Source: Flavobacteriales bacterium
GTDB taxonomy: Bacteria; Bacteroidota; Bacteroidia; Flavobacteriales_F; PHOS-HE28
Reading direction: 5' to 3'
NCBI GenBank assembly: GCA_016788405.1
Contig: JAEUSX010000097.1
Location: 1-43,141 of the forward strand
DNA: 43,141 nt
Part shown: piece by piece, positions 1-9,140 of the stretch
Position numbering within the stretch: position 1 is the stretch's first letter
Layout of the letters: each line of letters starts with the position of its first letter
Notes under the pieces: generated by a model
The model's database searches: none
Told to the model about the DNA's origin: nothing
What the model saw: the letters and a program-made list of their open reading frames with translations, nothing else
Translations under genes and position numbers: made by a program

Positions 1-729
1 GCGGAGCATGCCTTCGATCGCTTCTATGCCGAGAGCCTTGGCGTGGACACGGAGAATCTGCTCATCAGCCAGCCCGACAACGGCGAACAGGCGCTCGAGA
101 TCGCCGATAACCTCATCCGTTCCGGAGCCATCGACCTGCTAGTGGTGGATAGCGTGGCCGCGCTAACGCCGCGCGCTGAGATCGAGGGCGAGATGGGCGA
201 CAGCGCCGTGGGCATGCAGGCCCGCCTCATGAGCAAGGCCCTGCGCAAGCTGACCGGTACCATTGGCAAGACTGGTTGCTGCTGCATCTTCATCAACCAG
301 CTCCGCGAGAAGATCGGCGTGATGTTCGGCAACCCGGAGACCACCACCGGCGGCAACGCCCTGAAGTTCTATGCCACCATCCGTCTCGATATCCGCCGCG
401 TGACGCAACTGAAGGAGGGAGAGACCGTGACTGGCAACCGCACCCGCGTGAAAGTGGTGAAGAACAAGGTGGCCCCGCCGTTCCGGAAGGCCGAATTCGA
501 CATCATGTTCGGCAAAGGCGTGAGCAAGACCGGCGAGATCATCGACATGGCGGTTGAGCTGAACATCGTGAAGAAGAGCGGCAGCTGGTTCAGCTATGAG
601 GACAACAAGCTCGGGCAGGGCCGTGACATGGTGCGGCAGCTGCTCGACGACAACCCCGAGCTGTGCGCTGAGTTGGAGCACAGGATCAAGGAAGCGGTGG
701 CCAAGGCCGAGCAGCCGGTCGAAGCCTAG
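1..729 (+). CDS. recA: Recombinase RecA, C-terminal ~242 aa (5' end lies outside the window)
   Basis: Frame 1 is open from nt 1 ([34 protein letters not shown]). RecA core blocks are present: [53 protein letters not shown]. Stop TAG at 727-729. The M at nt 43 in the track is internal. Confidence 0.97.
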   Translation, partial: AEHAFDRFYAESLGVDTENLLISQPDNGEQALEIADNLIRSGAIDLLVVDSVAALTPRAEIEGEMGDSAVGMQARLMSKALRKLTGTIGKTGCCCIFINQLREKIGVMFGNPETTTGGNALKFYATIRLDIRRVTQLKEGETVTGNRTRVKVVKNKVAPPFRKAEFDIMFGKGVSKTGEIIDMAVELNIVKKSGSWFSYEDNKLGQGRDMVRQLLDDNPELCAELEHRIKEAVAKAEQPVEA

Positions 730-750
730 TTGGGTCGCCCCGCTACTTTT

Positions 751-781
751 GAAGGCCCCGGAAGGTGAAACCGGGGCCTTC
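751..781 (+). terminator. Stem-loop after recA (perfect 11-bp stem, 9-nt loop)
   Basis: GAAGGCCCCGG (751-761) and CCGGGGCCTTC (771-781) are exact reverse complements, 22 nt after the recA stop. There is no clear U-tract, so intrinsic termination is inferred only. Confidence 0.5.
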
Positions 782-788
782 GCGTTTC

Positions 789-1811
789 ATGGAACATCGG
801 ATCACAGTAATCGTCTGCCTTGCCGCGCTCATCAGTGCTTGCAACGGAACAGAGCAGGAGAAAGGCGGCGAAGGCGCTGCCGAAGGAAGCCTCGCCTGGA
901 TCGAGCAGCGCATCGTGGAGCATCCCGGCGATGCCGACTACTTCGCGATGCGGGCGCGCTACTACGAGGCGCTCGATAGCGCCCGGTTGGCCGAGGACGA
1001 CTGGAGGCGCACCATCGCATTGGACAGCAGCGATGCGCATTGGCGTATCGCGCTGGGCGATCTCTACTTCCGGAAGCTGCGCCTGGCCGATGCGGAGCAG
1101 CGTTTCCAGGAGGCCATCGCGCTGAGTGACACCTTCACCGAGGCCCGCTCGAAGCTGAGCGAGGTGTACCTGGTGCAGTCACGCTTCAAGGAAGCCATGA
1201 TCGTGGCGAACGATGCGCTGCGACTCGATCCCTTGGACGGGAGCCTGTACAACCTGAAGGGCTGGATCCACCGCCAGGCTGGCGACACGGATCTCGCCAT
1301 CAGCAGCTACCAGACCGCCATAGAGCGGGAGCCGGACCTCTATGATGCTTACATCTCGTTGGGCATGCTGCATGCCGCTCGCAACAATGATCTGGCGCTG
1401 GATTATTACGATGGCGCGTTATCCGTGCGGCCGAACAGTGTCGAAGCGCACTACAACAAGGCCATGTACGCGCAGGAGCACGGCCGCGACAGCCTCGCGC
1501 TGGCCCTCTACGCCCGCATCAAGGAGATCGATCCCGGCTACCCGGCGCCCTACTACAACACGGGCTACATCCTGCTGGAGCATGAAAAACGCGTGGCCGA
1601 CGCGCGGCGCGAGTTCAACCTGGCCATCGAGCGCATGCCCGATTACGCTCAGGCCTATTACAGCCGCGGCGTCACTTATGAACTGGAGAACAAGCTCGAT
1701 AGCGCGCTGGAGGACTATAAGCTGGCCATCGGACTGAGCCCTCAGCACACGGAAGCGGCGCTGGGATTGAGCAGGCTGGAGAAGCGCGGCTTGAAAGTGA
1801 AGGTCCGTTGA
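789..1811 (+). CDS. TPR-repeat lipoprotein
   Basis: Start is MEHRITVIVCLAALISACNG (lipobox-like LISAC). The rest consists of repeated 34-aa TPR-like units (AxxxYxxAl..dP pattern, e.g. AIALSDTFTEARSKLSEVYL, ALRLDPLDGSLYNLKGW, AIEREPDLYDAYISLG, ALSVRPNSVEAHYNKA). The ATG at 765 lies inside the recA stem-loop, so 789 is preferred. Confidence 0.75.
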   Translation: MEHRITVIVCLAALISACNGTEQEKGGEGAAEGSLAWIEQRIVEHPGDADYFAMRARYYEALDSARLAEDDWRRTIALDSSDAHWRIALGDLYFRKLRLADAEQRFQEAIALSDTFTEARSKLSEVYLVQSRFKEAMIVANDALRLDPLDGSLYNLKGWIHRQAGDTDLAISSYQTAIEREPDLYDAYISLGMLHAARNNDLALDYYDGALSVRPNSVEAHYNKAMYAQEHGRDSLALALYARIKEIDPGYPAPYYNTGYILLEHEKRVADARREFNLAIERMPDYAQAYYSRGVTYELENKLDSALEDYKLAIGLSPQHTEAALGLSRLEKRGLKVKVR

Positions 1812-1827
1812 CGCGCTGGGCCGGGCG

Positions 1828-1835
1828 TAGCTTCG
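1828..1835 (+). promoter_or_regulatory. Bacteroidota -7-like box TAGCTTCG, 4 nt upstream of the recF ATG
   Basis: TAGCTTCG-CGGC-ATG(1840). A TTG lies at 1808-1810, 17 nt upstream of the box. The box matches TAnnTTnG, one position off the canonical TAnnTTTG. Confidence 0.35.
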
Positions 1836-1839
1836 CGGC

Positions 1840-2973
1840 ATGGCCTTCCACCTGGCGCGCTTGCATGCGCTGAACTTCAGGAACCACCGCGAAGCGGAGG
1901 TGGATCTGTGCCCGGAGGTGAACTGCTTCACGGGCCCCAATGGCGTGGGCAAGACCAACCTGCTCGATGCCGTCCATTACCTCGCCATCGGAAAGGGCTA
2001 CCTGGAGCCGCAGGACCAGCACAACATCCACACGGAGGAGGAAGGATTCGTGCTCCAGGGCGTGATGCGCGGCGAGGAAGGGGACGATGCGGTGCTTTGC
2101 AGCGTGCGCCGTGGCGAGCGGAAAGTGATGAGCCGGAACCGCAAGGAGTACGATCGCCTTGCCGACCATGTGGGCCGCTATCCGGTGGTGATGATCACCC
2201 CGTACGATGGACAACTCATACTCGATGGGAGTGAAGCGCGCAGGCGCCTCATCGATGGCCTCATCGCCCAGTTCAACAAGCCCTTCCTCGATACGCTGAT
2301 ACGGTACAACCGCGCATTGGCCCAGCGCAATGCGTTGCTGAAGCAGATGCAACCGCACGGCGCTGCTACTAGCTCCGCGTTCGCGCCCTGGGACGAGCAG
2401 CTCTGCGCCTTGGGCACCAGCATCCACGCCGCGCGTTCCGCCTTCGCGGAGGAACTGGCGCCGCTGCTCGCCGGACATTACAAGGCTATCAGCTCCGGGC
2501 ATGAGGAAGTCTCGCTCGCGCATCGGTCAGCGCTGAATGAAACGGGCATGAGCGAGCTCCTCGCCGCAGCATGGGATCGCGATCGGGCCGCCGGACACAC
2601 CACGGTCGGTGTTCACAAGGACGACCTGCTCTTCCAACTGGAGGGGCAGCCCCTCAAGCGCTTCGGGTCGCAAGGCCAGCAGAAGACCTATCTCATCGCC
2701 CTGAAACTGGCCCAGTTCGAGATCACCGCGCAGCGCTCAGGTCAGAAACCGCTGCTCCTTCTGGACGACATCTTCGACAAGATCGACCCGCAGCGCATGC
2801 GCCATCTCCTGCATCTGCTCAGCGATCACCGCTTCGGGCAGGTGCTCATCACCGATACCGACCCGCAACGACTGCACGCCGCGCTCGATGGCCTGGACCT
2901 CGAGACGCGCTTCTTCGCCATCACCCGCAAAGGCATAACCCGTGAAACGCCGCAACGAGCAATCGCTGGCTGA
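1840..2973 (+). CDS. recF: DNA replication and repair protein RecF
   Basis: N-terminus LHALNFRNH...FTGPNGVGKTNLLDAVHYL (Walker A), signature-like SQGQQKT, Walker B LLLLDDIFDKID. The 377-aa length is typical. Confidence 0.95.
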   Translation: MAFHLARLHALNFRNHREAEVDLCPEVNCFTGPNGVGKTNLLDAVHYLAIGKGYLEPQDQHNIHTEEEGFVLQGVMRGEEGDDAVLCSVRRGERKVMSRNRKEYDRLADHVGRYPVVMITPYDGQLILDGSEARRRLIDGLIAQFNKPFLDTLIRYNRALAQRNALLKQMQPHGAATSSAFAPWDEQLCALGTSIHAARSAFAEELAPLLAGHYKAISSGHEEVSLAHRSALNETGMSELLAAAWDRDRAAGHTTVGVHKDDLLFQLEGQPLKRFGSQGQQKTYLIALKLAQFEITAQRSGQKPLLLLDDIFDKIDPQRMRHLLHLLSDHRFGQVLITDTDPQRLHAALDGLDLETRFFAITRKGITRETPQRAIAG

Positions 2974-3232
2974 GGCCATCGGCGGCCTGATCGAAGGCGC
3001 TGGCATGCGCGAGCGTCTCGATGAGGCTGCGTTCACGGCCGCGTGGTCCGAGGTGGTCGGCGCCATGATCGCGCGCCACACCACGGGCCTGCGATTGCGC
3101 AAAGGCATCCTCACCCTTCACGTGGACAGCGCGCCGCTGCGACAGGAGATGGTCTACATGCGCGGTGAGATCCTGGCGCGACTCAACGAGCGCGCCGGGC
3201 ACGAGGCCGTTAAGGAAGTAGTGGTGCGCTGA
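2942..3232 (+). CDS. DUF721-family small protein (the RecF-associated protein usually found downstream of recF)
   Basis: 96 aa with a GTG start that overlaps the recF 3' end. The pattern WSEVVGAMIARHTTGLRLRKGILTLHVDSAPLRQEM is typical of DUF721, and its position after recF is conserved synteny. Confidence 0.7.
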   Translation: MKRRNEQSLAEAIGGLIEGAGMRERLDEAAFTAAWSEVVGAMIARHTTGLRLRKGILTLHVDSAPLRQEMVYMRGEILARLNERAGHEAVKEVVVR

Positions 3233-3240
3233 GGCCGAAC

Positions 3241-3660
3241 TCAGAACTGCTCGCGCCCGGCGAAGAAGAAGGCGCCTTCGATGGCGGCGTTCTCATCGCT
3301 ATCGCTTCCGTGGACAGCGTTCTTGGCCTTGCTCTCCGCGAAGCGCTTGCGGATGGTGCCCTCGGCCGCTTGGGCCGGATCGGTGGCGCCGATCAGGTCC
3401 CGGAACGACTGCACCGCGTTGTCCTTCTCCAGGATCGCCGCCACGATGGGGCCGCTGGCCATGTACTCCACCAGTTCGCCGTAGAATGGCCGCTCCTTGT
3501 GCACGGCGTAGAACGTGCCCGCCTCCTGGCGCGAGAGCCGGGTGTACTTCAGGGCGATGACCCGGAAGCCATTGTCGATGATCATGTCCAGGATCTTGCC
3601 CATGTTGCCGGCGCTCACCGCCTCGGGCTTGATCATCGTGAAAGTCCGATTGCCTGCCAT
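3241..3660 (-). CDS. ndk: Nucleoside diphosphate kinase
   Basis: [15 protein letters not shown]...[24 protein letters not shown]...NAVHGSDS (catalytic His context). I chose the start at the MAGNRTF Met (nt 3660) rather than the track's upstream Met at 3732. Confidence 0.95.
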   Translation of the reverse strand: MAGNRTFTMIKPEAVSAGNMGKILDMIIDNGFRVIALKYTRLSRQEAGTFYAVHKERPFYGELVEYMASGPIVAAILEKDNAVQSFRDLIGATDPAQAAEGTIRKRFAESKAKNAVHGSDSDENAAIEGAFFFAGREQF

Positions 3661-3827
3661 TCGCTGTGTTTTCGTGCTTTGAGCCGCGCCGAGCGTCGTG
3701 CCGTGCGGCCATTTGTTGAAAAAGCCGCGCAAAAGTAATCGGCTGGGCCATCCGGCCGCGGGGTCGCGAACTTCTTCCTTCGCCGCATCGCTCCGCGCAG
3801 TCTAATACCTGCGTCTCTGCGCCCATT

Positions 3828-4718
3828 ATGCCGCACGCAAGAGTCCTGATCGCACCCGCTTTCCTCCTTCTGGCCGCTTGCGGAGGGAGCGAGCAGCCCG
3901 CCGTGGAGGAGCAAGGCGAACTCGTGATCGGAGGCGAATCCGCGCAAGTGATGTCGATGTACGAGATGCCGACGCCCAATGAGCTTTTCGGCCTTGTTCG
4001 CCAGATGGCCGGCGAAGGGCACAAGCGCATGCTGAGCCCTGCATCCTATGCGGACCGGTACGTGAGCCTTCGCGCCCGTTCGGTGAACTTCGGCGTCTTC
4101 GCCACCGATCTGGTCTACGCCAGCAGTTTCAAATTGAACGTGGAGGTGGCCCGCTACTACCTCGCCTCGAAGAAGCTCGCCGCGTCACTGGGACTGGATC
4201 AGGCGTTCAGCGATGCCGACTTCGTGCGACTGGAAGCGAATCTCACACGGGGCGATTCGCTCGAGGTAATCAGCAACCAGGTCTATCTCAAGGCCTACGA
4301 GAAGATGCAGCGCGAGGAGATGGGACCGGTGCTCCACATGGTGCTGGCCGGCGGATGGATCGAGAGCATGCACCTCGTGATCAAGCAGATCGAGGCCTTC
4401 GGGCAGAGCGAGTCGCTCATGGCCCGGGTAGCAGAGCAGAAAGTGACATTGGATCACCTGCTGGGCATGATGGAAGGCTCCCGGAACGATGCGGAGGCGG
4501 CGCAGGTGTATGCCGACCTCGTCGCTGTGCGCTCCATCTATGATCAACTCGAGGTGAAGCATACCGCCCATGAAGGCGCATCACCCTCGGGACGCATGGT
4601 CCTGGGCGATGATGTCACCATCGAACTCACCCCGACGAAGTACAAGGAGCTCACCGAGGCCGTTGAAGCGCTTCGCGCGCGGTGGACGCAACCCGAGGAT
4701 GGCGCAAAACCCCAGTGA
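3828..4718 (+). CDS. Hypothetical lipoprotein, helical, unknown function
   Basis: Signal peptide plus lipobox (FLLLAACGG). Long ORF with genome-typical codon bias. I recognised no family motif. Confidence 0.6.
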   Translation: MPHARVLIAPAFLLLAACGGSEQPAVEEQGELVIGGESAQVMSMYEMPTPNELFGLVRQMAGEGHKRMLSPASYADRYVSLRARSVNFGVFATDLVYASSFKLNVEVARYYLASKKLAASLGLDQAFSDADFVRLEANLTRGDSLEVISNQVYLKAYEKMQREEMGPVLHMVLAGGWIESMHLVIKQIEAFGQSESLMARVAEQKVTLDHLLGMMEGSRNDAEAAQVYADLVAVRSIYDQLEVKHTAHEGASPSGRMVLGDDVTIELTPTKYKELTEAVEALRARWTQPEDGAKPQ

Positions 4719-4722
4719 CCAC

Positions 4723-5241
4723 ATGATTCGCATAGCACTTCTCGCCTCGTTCGCCCTGGCCACCGGACTGCATTCGGCGGCGCAGACCTCCGATTGCGTC
4801 GACTACCATCGCTTCAACTGCGTGCCGGCGAGCGACTCCCGATTCTCCATCAACGGACAGAGCCGCAGCGCCGCGGTGAAGATCGGCGATGAGACGGAGC
4901 TCAATATCATCGTTTACCGCGGACAGGATTACCGGGTGAGCGTATGCAGCGATGAGAAAATCCTTGGGGAGCTGGCCGTTCGATTGGTGGAGAAGCTCCG
5001 CGTGGCCAAGACCGGCCCGGATGGCAAGAGCGTGTACGAAGAAGTGGAGAAGGTGCTCTGGGACAATACCTCGCACGACATGGCCACTTCCATCGAGTTC
5101 AGCTGCACGGCCACCAAGCGCATCGCCATTGAGGTGAATGCGCCAGGCGCTGCGGAACGCAAAGGCAAGCGTGCAGACCAGGACATCGGCTGCGTGGGGA
5201 TCTTGATCGAGCACATGCCTTCACCGGGCATCGGGTTCTGA
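4723..5241 (+). CDS. Hypothetical secreted protein (172 aa, about six Cys)
   Basis: MIRIALLASFALATGLHSAAQ signal peptide, 4 nt after the previous stop. The track's upstream Met (4570) overlaps the preceding gene and was rejected. Confidence 0.55.
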   Translation: MIRIALLASFALATGLHSAAQTSDCVDYHRFNCVPASDSRFSINGQSRSAAVKIGDETELNIIVYRGQDYRVSVCSDEKILGELAVRLVEKLRVAKTGPDGKSVYEEVEKVLWDNTSHDMATSIEFSCTATKRIAIEVNAPGAAERKGKRADQDIGCVGILIEHMPSPGIGF

Positions 5242-5290
5242 TCGGCATCTGTATCGGCCAAGGCTAACTTGCCCGCCTTAGCGACCTCTC

Positions 5291-6301
5291 GTGCAATACG
5301 CTGAGTCCATTGCCGCGCTTCGCGAGTTGCTCGCTTCGCCCAAGCGCTTCGCTCTGCTCACCCATTACAATCCTGATGGTGATGCCCTCGGGTCCTCCTT
5401 GGGCCTGATGCATGTGCTGCGAGCGGCGGGTCATCAAGCCACCGTCGTCCTTCCGAATGCGGCCCCATCCTTCCTGCATTGGATGCCCGGATACACGGAG
5501 GCCCGGATCCACGACCCCAAGCGTCCGGATGCGTTGGCCGTCATCAAGGAGTCCGATGCGGTGATCTGCCTGGACTTCAACCGCAGGGACCGCGTCGGCG
5601 GCCTCGAGGAGGCGCTCCGCGCGAAGGATGCAGCAGTGCTCATCGATCACCATCAGGACCCGGAGGATTTCGCTTCGATCGCGATCTCCGATCCCAGCGC
5701 CTGCGCCACCAGCCAGATGGTGCATGACATCATCTCGGGACTCGGCTGGGATGAGCTCGTCAGCGCCGATGCGGCCACCTGCCTGTACACCGGCATCGTG
5801 ACGGATTCCGGGAGCTTCCGTTTCGGAAGCACCACACCGCATACCATGCGCGTCGCGGCGGAGCTCATGGAGCGCGGAGTGCCGATCACCAAGGTGCATG
5901 AGTCGATCTTGGATGACAACCGCGTGGAGCGACTGCGACTGCAGGGCTTCATGCTCAGTGAGCGACTTACCGTCCTGCCTGAACTGCGGACAGCGATCAT
6001 CACCCTGAGCCGCGCCGACCTGGATCGCTTCAACTACCAGCCGGGCGATACCGAGGGATTCGTGAACCTCGGGCTTTCCATCCGGGGCGTCCGGCTCTCC
6101 GCTTTCTTCATGGAGCGGCCGGACCTGATCAAGGTGAGCCTGCGCAGCGAGGGCGATCTGCCCGTGGATGGCATCGTGCGCGAGCATTTCAATGGCGGCG
6201 GGCATCGCAACGCGGCAGGTGGGCAGTCGAAGGAGAGCTTGAACGATGCCGTGCAGCGGTTCCGGGCGCTGCTCCCCGCATTCATGGCAGCGCACCCATG
6301 A
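5291..6301 (+). CDS. nrnA: DHH-family phosphoesterase (NrnA-like oligoribonuclease / pAp phosphatase)
   Basis: Motifs HYNPDGDALGSS, IDHHQ and a C-terminal DHHA1 motif GGGHRNAAGG. GTG start. Confidence 0.82.
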   Translation: MQYAESIAALRELLASPKRFALLTHYNPDGDALGSSLGLMHVLRAAGHQATVVLPNAAPSFLHWMPGYTEARIHDPKRPDALAVIKESDAVICLDFNRRDRVGGLEEALRAKDAAVLIDHHQDPEDFASIAISDPSACATSQMVHDIISGLGWDELVSADAATCLYTGIVTDSGSFRFGSTTPHTMRVAAELMERGVPITKVHESILDDNRVERLRLQGFMLSERLTVLPELRTAIITLSRADLDRFNYQPGDTEGFVNLGLSIRGVRLSAFFMERPDLIKVSLRSEGDLPVDGIVREHFNGGGHRNAAGGQSKESLNDAVQRFRALLPAFMAAHP

Positions 6302-6798
6302 GGGCCGCAATCCCATGGATCATGCTCGCGGCTTGCGGCGGACAGGCCCCGCAGCATCCGGTCGCGAAGCGGAATGATCTCCTCCAGGAGAATCGGAGCG
6401 CCGTGAAGCTCGAGGACCGCGACATCGATCTGTTCGTTCAGCGCCATGGCTTGGTCGTAGAGCGGAGCGGCACAGGGGTCCGTCATGCCCTGATGCGCGA
6501 TATGCCGGGAGAGACTGTGCACGCCGGGCAATGGGCGATGGTGCGCTATCGAATGGAACTGCTCAACGGCGACACAGCCTACACGAGCTCCGCCGATGGC
6601 CCGGAGGGCTTCCTGGTGGAAGAGGATGACGTGGAGAGCGGTCTTCACGAAGCCATCCAGCGCCTCTCCCCGGGGGATAGCGCGATCATCATCATCCCCA
6701 GCTATCGAGCGCACGGCTTGATCGGTGATCTGGACAGAGTCCCCCCGCGCAGCACCGTGGTGTATCGGATCGGCCTCGCTGGAATCAAGGATCGGTAG
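6298..6798 (+). CDS. FKBP-type peptidyl-prolyl isomerase lipoprotein (possibly GldI-like)
   Basis: Lipobox IMLAACGG. FKBP-like C-terminal half (VRYRMELLNGD...VESGLHEAIQRLSPGDSAIIIIPSYRAHG). The start ATGA overlaps the stop of the DHH gene. Confidence 0.72.
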   Translation: MRAAIPWIMLAACGGQAPQHPVAKRNDLLQENRSAVKLEDRDIDLFVQRHGLVVERSGTGVRHALMRDMPGETVHAGQWAMVRYRMELLNGDTAYTSSADGPEGFLVEEDDVESGLHEAIQRLSPGDSAIIIIPSYRAHGLIGDLDRVPPRSTVVYRIGLAGIKDR

Positions 6799-7665
6799 AT
6801 GCGCGCGAGCTATTGGATCGCAGGCCTGGTGCTGTTAGCGGCATGCTCGCGTTCGCCGCATGAAGGATATAAAGTGGTCGCGGAGGAGGTCCACCTGCGC
6901 TATATCGCGCTGGGCGATGGCGATCGCGTGCCGGCCGATGACGACAGCCTCCTGCTGCGATTCCGGGCCGCGGGCGTGCATGATGAGACTGGTTCGATTT
7001 GGAGCACGGAGCGCTGGTACCTGACGCGCGACCTCCGCTCGGAAGCGTTGAGTCCCGCCCTGCGGCGCATGCACGTCGGTGATAGCATGAGCGTGATCGC
7101 ACCGGCCCGCATGTGGCCTTGGCAGGCTTTGGTGCAAGGGGACCTGCCCACGCCGGCGGATTCGCTCCTTCTCCGAACAGAGGTCTCTTTGCTCGCGCTG
7201 CTGACTCCTGAAGGAATGATCGAGCGTCGCGAGCGCTTGCGCGCATCCGACCCCGCAGGATTCGAGCGACTGCTGATCGGGGCCTTCGTCAAAGCGGATA
7301 GCGCGGGGTGGGTCCGATGGGGCACGAGCGATCTTCACTACCGCATTCAAGGTCCTGCGGTCGATACGGCACGATGGGAGCTCGGCACGCCGCTCCGGTT
7401 GCGTTGGGAGGGGTTTGACCTCGCGACGGGCCGGCGAATCGATGCCACCGAGCGCAATGGAGGAGATTTCCACTGGAGCTACGGCACACCGGACCAGCTT
7501 CTTGAAGGACTCGAGGTGGGTGTGAGCCTGGTTCGCGAGGGACAGCAAGGTGAGTTCATTCTGCCCTCGCGGATGGCCTTCGGCGACCGGGGGCTGCCCG
7601 GCTTGCTTGAGCCGGGTGCACCGGTCAGGTACCTGCTTCAGGTGCGTCGGGAGCCGGTTCCCTAG
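6799..7665 (+). CDS. FKBP-like lipoprotein with two FKBP-like halves
   Basis: Lipobox VLLAACS. The C-terminal half, LLEGLEVGVSLVREGQQGEFILPSRMAFGDRG, is FKBP-like. The start directly abuts the previous stop (TAG-ATG). Confidence 0.68.
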   Translation: MRASYWIAGLVLLAACSRSPHEGYKVVAEEVHLRYIALGDGDRVPADDDSLLLRFRAAGVHDETGSIWSTERWYLTRDLRSEALSPALRRMHVGDSMSVIAPARMWPWQALVQGDLPTPADSLLLRTEVSLLALLTPEGMIERRERLRASDPAGFERLLIGAFVKADSAGWVRWGTSDLHYRIQGPAVDTARWELGTPLRLRWEGFDLATGRRIDATERNGGDFHWSYGTPDQLLEGLEVGVSLVREGQQGEFILPSRMAFGDRGLPGLLEPGAPVRYLLQVRREPVP

Positions 7666-7698
7666 AACATCGCCGCCGTTTCCGCGTAGGAGCGCGCC

Positions 7699-9135
7699 AT
7701 GCGCGCAGCTCTCGCCTTTGGACTTGCCATGTCAACGGCACTCTCGGTAGCCGGCCAGGAACGGTACGGCATCGCTCTCAGCAATTACGCCGGAACGGAT
7801 GGAGCGATGCTCAACCCCGCCCGCTCGGCCGGCCAATGGCCATGGCTCGATGTCCGGTTGATGGGCGTGGACGCGCATGCATGGAACAGCTTGATCGCAT
7901 GGACCGGTCGCGAGCGTTCGTTGCTCGGTGAACTGCGTGGAGGCTCCGGATACGGAAGCGTTGTGCTGCGCTCGGCCATGGCCAGCGGGACACACAAGGC
8001 GATCGTCGAAGCGGGCTTTTCAGGTCCGGGCGTGTCCGTCGCCCTGGGTCGGACGACGATCGGTGCAGGCATCCGAAGTCGGTTGCACGTGAGCGCGGCC
8101 GGCATCTCACCGTCCATGGGCAATTTCATTTTCCATGGGTTGTCCTATGCGCCCCAGCACGGGGCGCGCTATTCCGATGAAGGCATGCGAGCGGTAGGCG
8201 CCGCGTGGACCGAGCTTGGGGTGAACATCGGACAGGTGCTCAAGGCCGAAGGCTTCGGCGTGCTCAGCGCCGGTGCGAATCTGCGCTATCTGCAAGCGCA
8301 CGCAGGCGCGGCGATCGGGATCACCGACCTCGAGTACACCGTGGTCGATACCGCGCTGGCGATGGTGCATTCCGCGACGCTCGACTACGGCTTCGCCATG
8401 CCGGCAGCGAATGCGGGGAATGGGTTCGGTGCTGACCTGGGCCTGACCTACACGCGCACGATCGATGAAGCGGATGGCTACATGCCGCATCGCAGCAGCG
8501 GGGGGTGCTCTCCGGCAGCGTACCGATACAGGGTCGGTCTCTCCCTGCTCGACCTCGGTGGCATGCGCTTCCGAAGCGCGCAGGCCGGACGCCTCGAAGC
8601 GGGCATGCTGCAGATCGATGACTACACCGATATGCCGCTTTCGGATGCGAGCGATGCGGATAGCCTGATCGCGTCCTCCACACGCTGGACGCGCTCTCAG
8701 GGCATGACCATCGGGCTGCCCACGGCGCTGAGCGCGCAATTCGACTATCGCATCAGCGGGCCGGCATTCGTGGCCTTCGCCATGACGCAGAACGTGAGCG
8801 GGCGCAGCAGCTTGCGCATGCGACGCGCCAACAGCATGGTGGTCGCGCCGCGCATCGAGACGAAGCACTTCGAGGCGGCCATGCCCTTGGTCTTCCACGA
8901 GTATGACTTGTCGCATCCTACGCTCGGCCTGATGCTGCGCTTCGAGGGGCTGGTGATCGGAAGCGACCATGTCCTTCCATTCATCAATCGCCGGGACATG
9001 CACGCAGCAGACGTGTACGCGCGCTTGCGCTGGATGATCCACCGGAGCCCGTTCTGCCGAGGAAAGCGCAGTGCGCGGCGCAACCATGCCGCAGGCAGCA
9101 CGGAGTCACTCCCGTGCGCCACGCCCAACGATTAG
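7699..9135 (+). CDS. Putative outer-membrane beta-barrel protein (DUF5723-like?)
   Basis: Signal peptide (AFGLAMSTALSVAGQ), then an NPA-containing segment (SNYAGTDGAMLNPA) and alternating hydrophobic, Gly-rich strands throughout. The family assignment comes from memory of the pattern only. Confidence 0.5.
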   Translation: MRAALAFGLAMSTALSVAGQERYGIALSNYAGTDGAMLNPARSAGQWPWLDVRLMGVDAHAWNSLIAWTGRERSLLGELRGGSGYGSVVLRSAMASGTHKAIVEAGFSGPGVSVALGRTTIGAGIRSRLHVSAAGISPSMGNFIFHGLSYAPQHGARYSDEGMRAVGAAWTELGVNIGQVLKAEGFGVLSAGANLRYLQAHAGAAIGITDLEYTVVDTALAMVHSATLDYGFAMPAANAGNGFGADLGLTYTRTIDEADGYMPHRSSGGCSPAAYRYRVGLSLLDLGGMRFRSAQAGRLEAGMLQIDDYTDMPLSDASDADSLIASSTRWTRSQGMTIGLPTALSAQFDYRISGPAFVAFAMTQNVSGRSSLRMRRANSMVVAPRIETKHFEAAMPLVFHEYDLSHPTLGLMLRFEGLVIGSDHVLPFINRRDMHAADVYARLRWMIHRSPFCRGKRSARRNHAAGSTESLPCATPND

Positions 9136-9140
9136 CCCGG

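Noticed and set aside
7699-9135. The 478-aa outer-membrane protein as the PorP/SprF partner of the type B T9SS cargo at 25916-27997.
   Set aside because: It is 17 kb away in a different operon, longer than typical PorP/SprF proteins, and I could not recognise the PorP/SprF N-terminal signature. It is better treated as an unassigned barrel protein.
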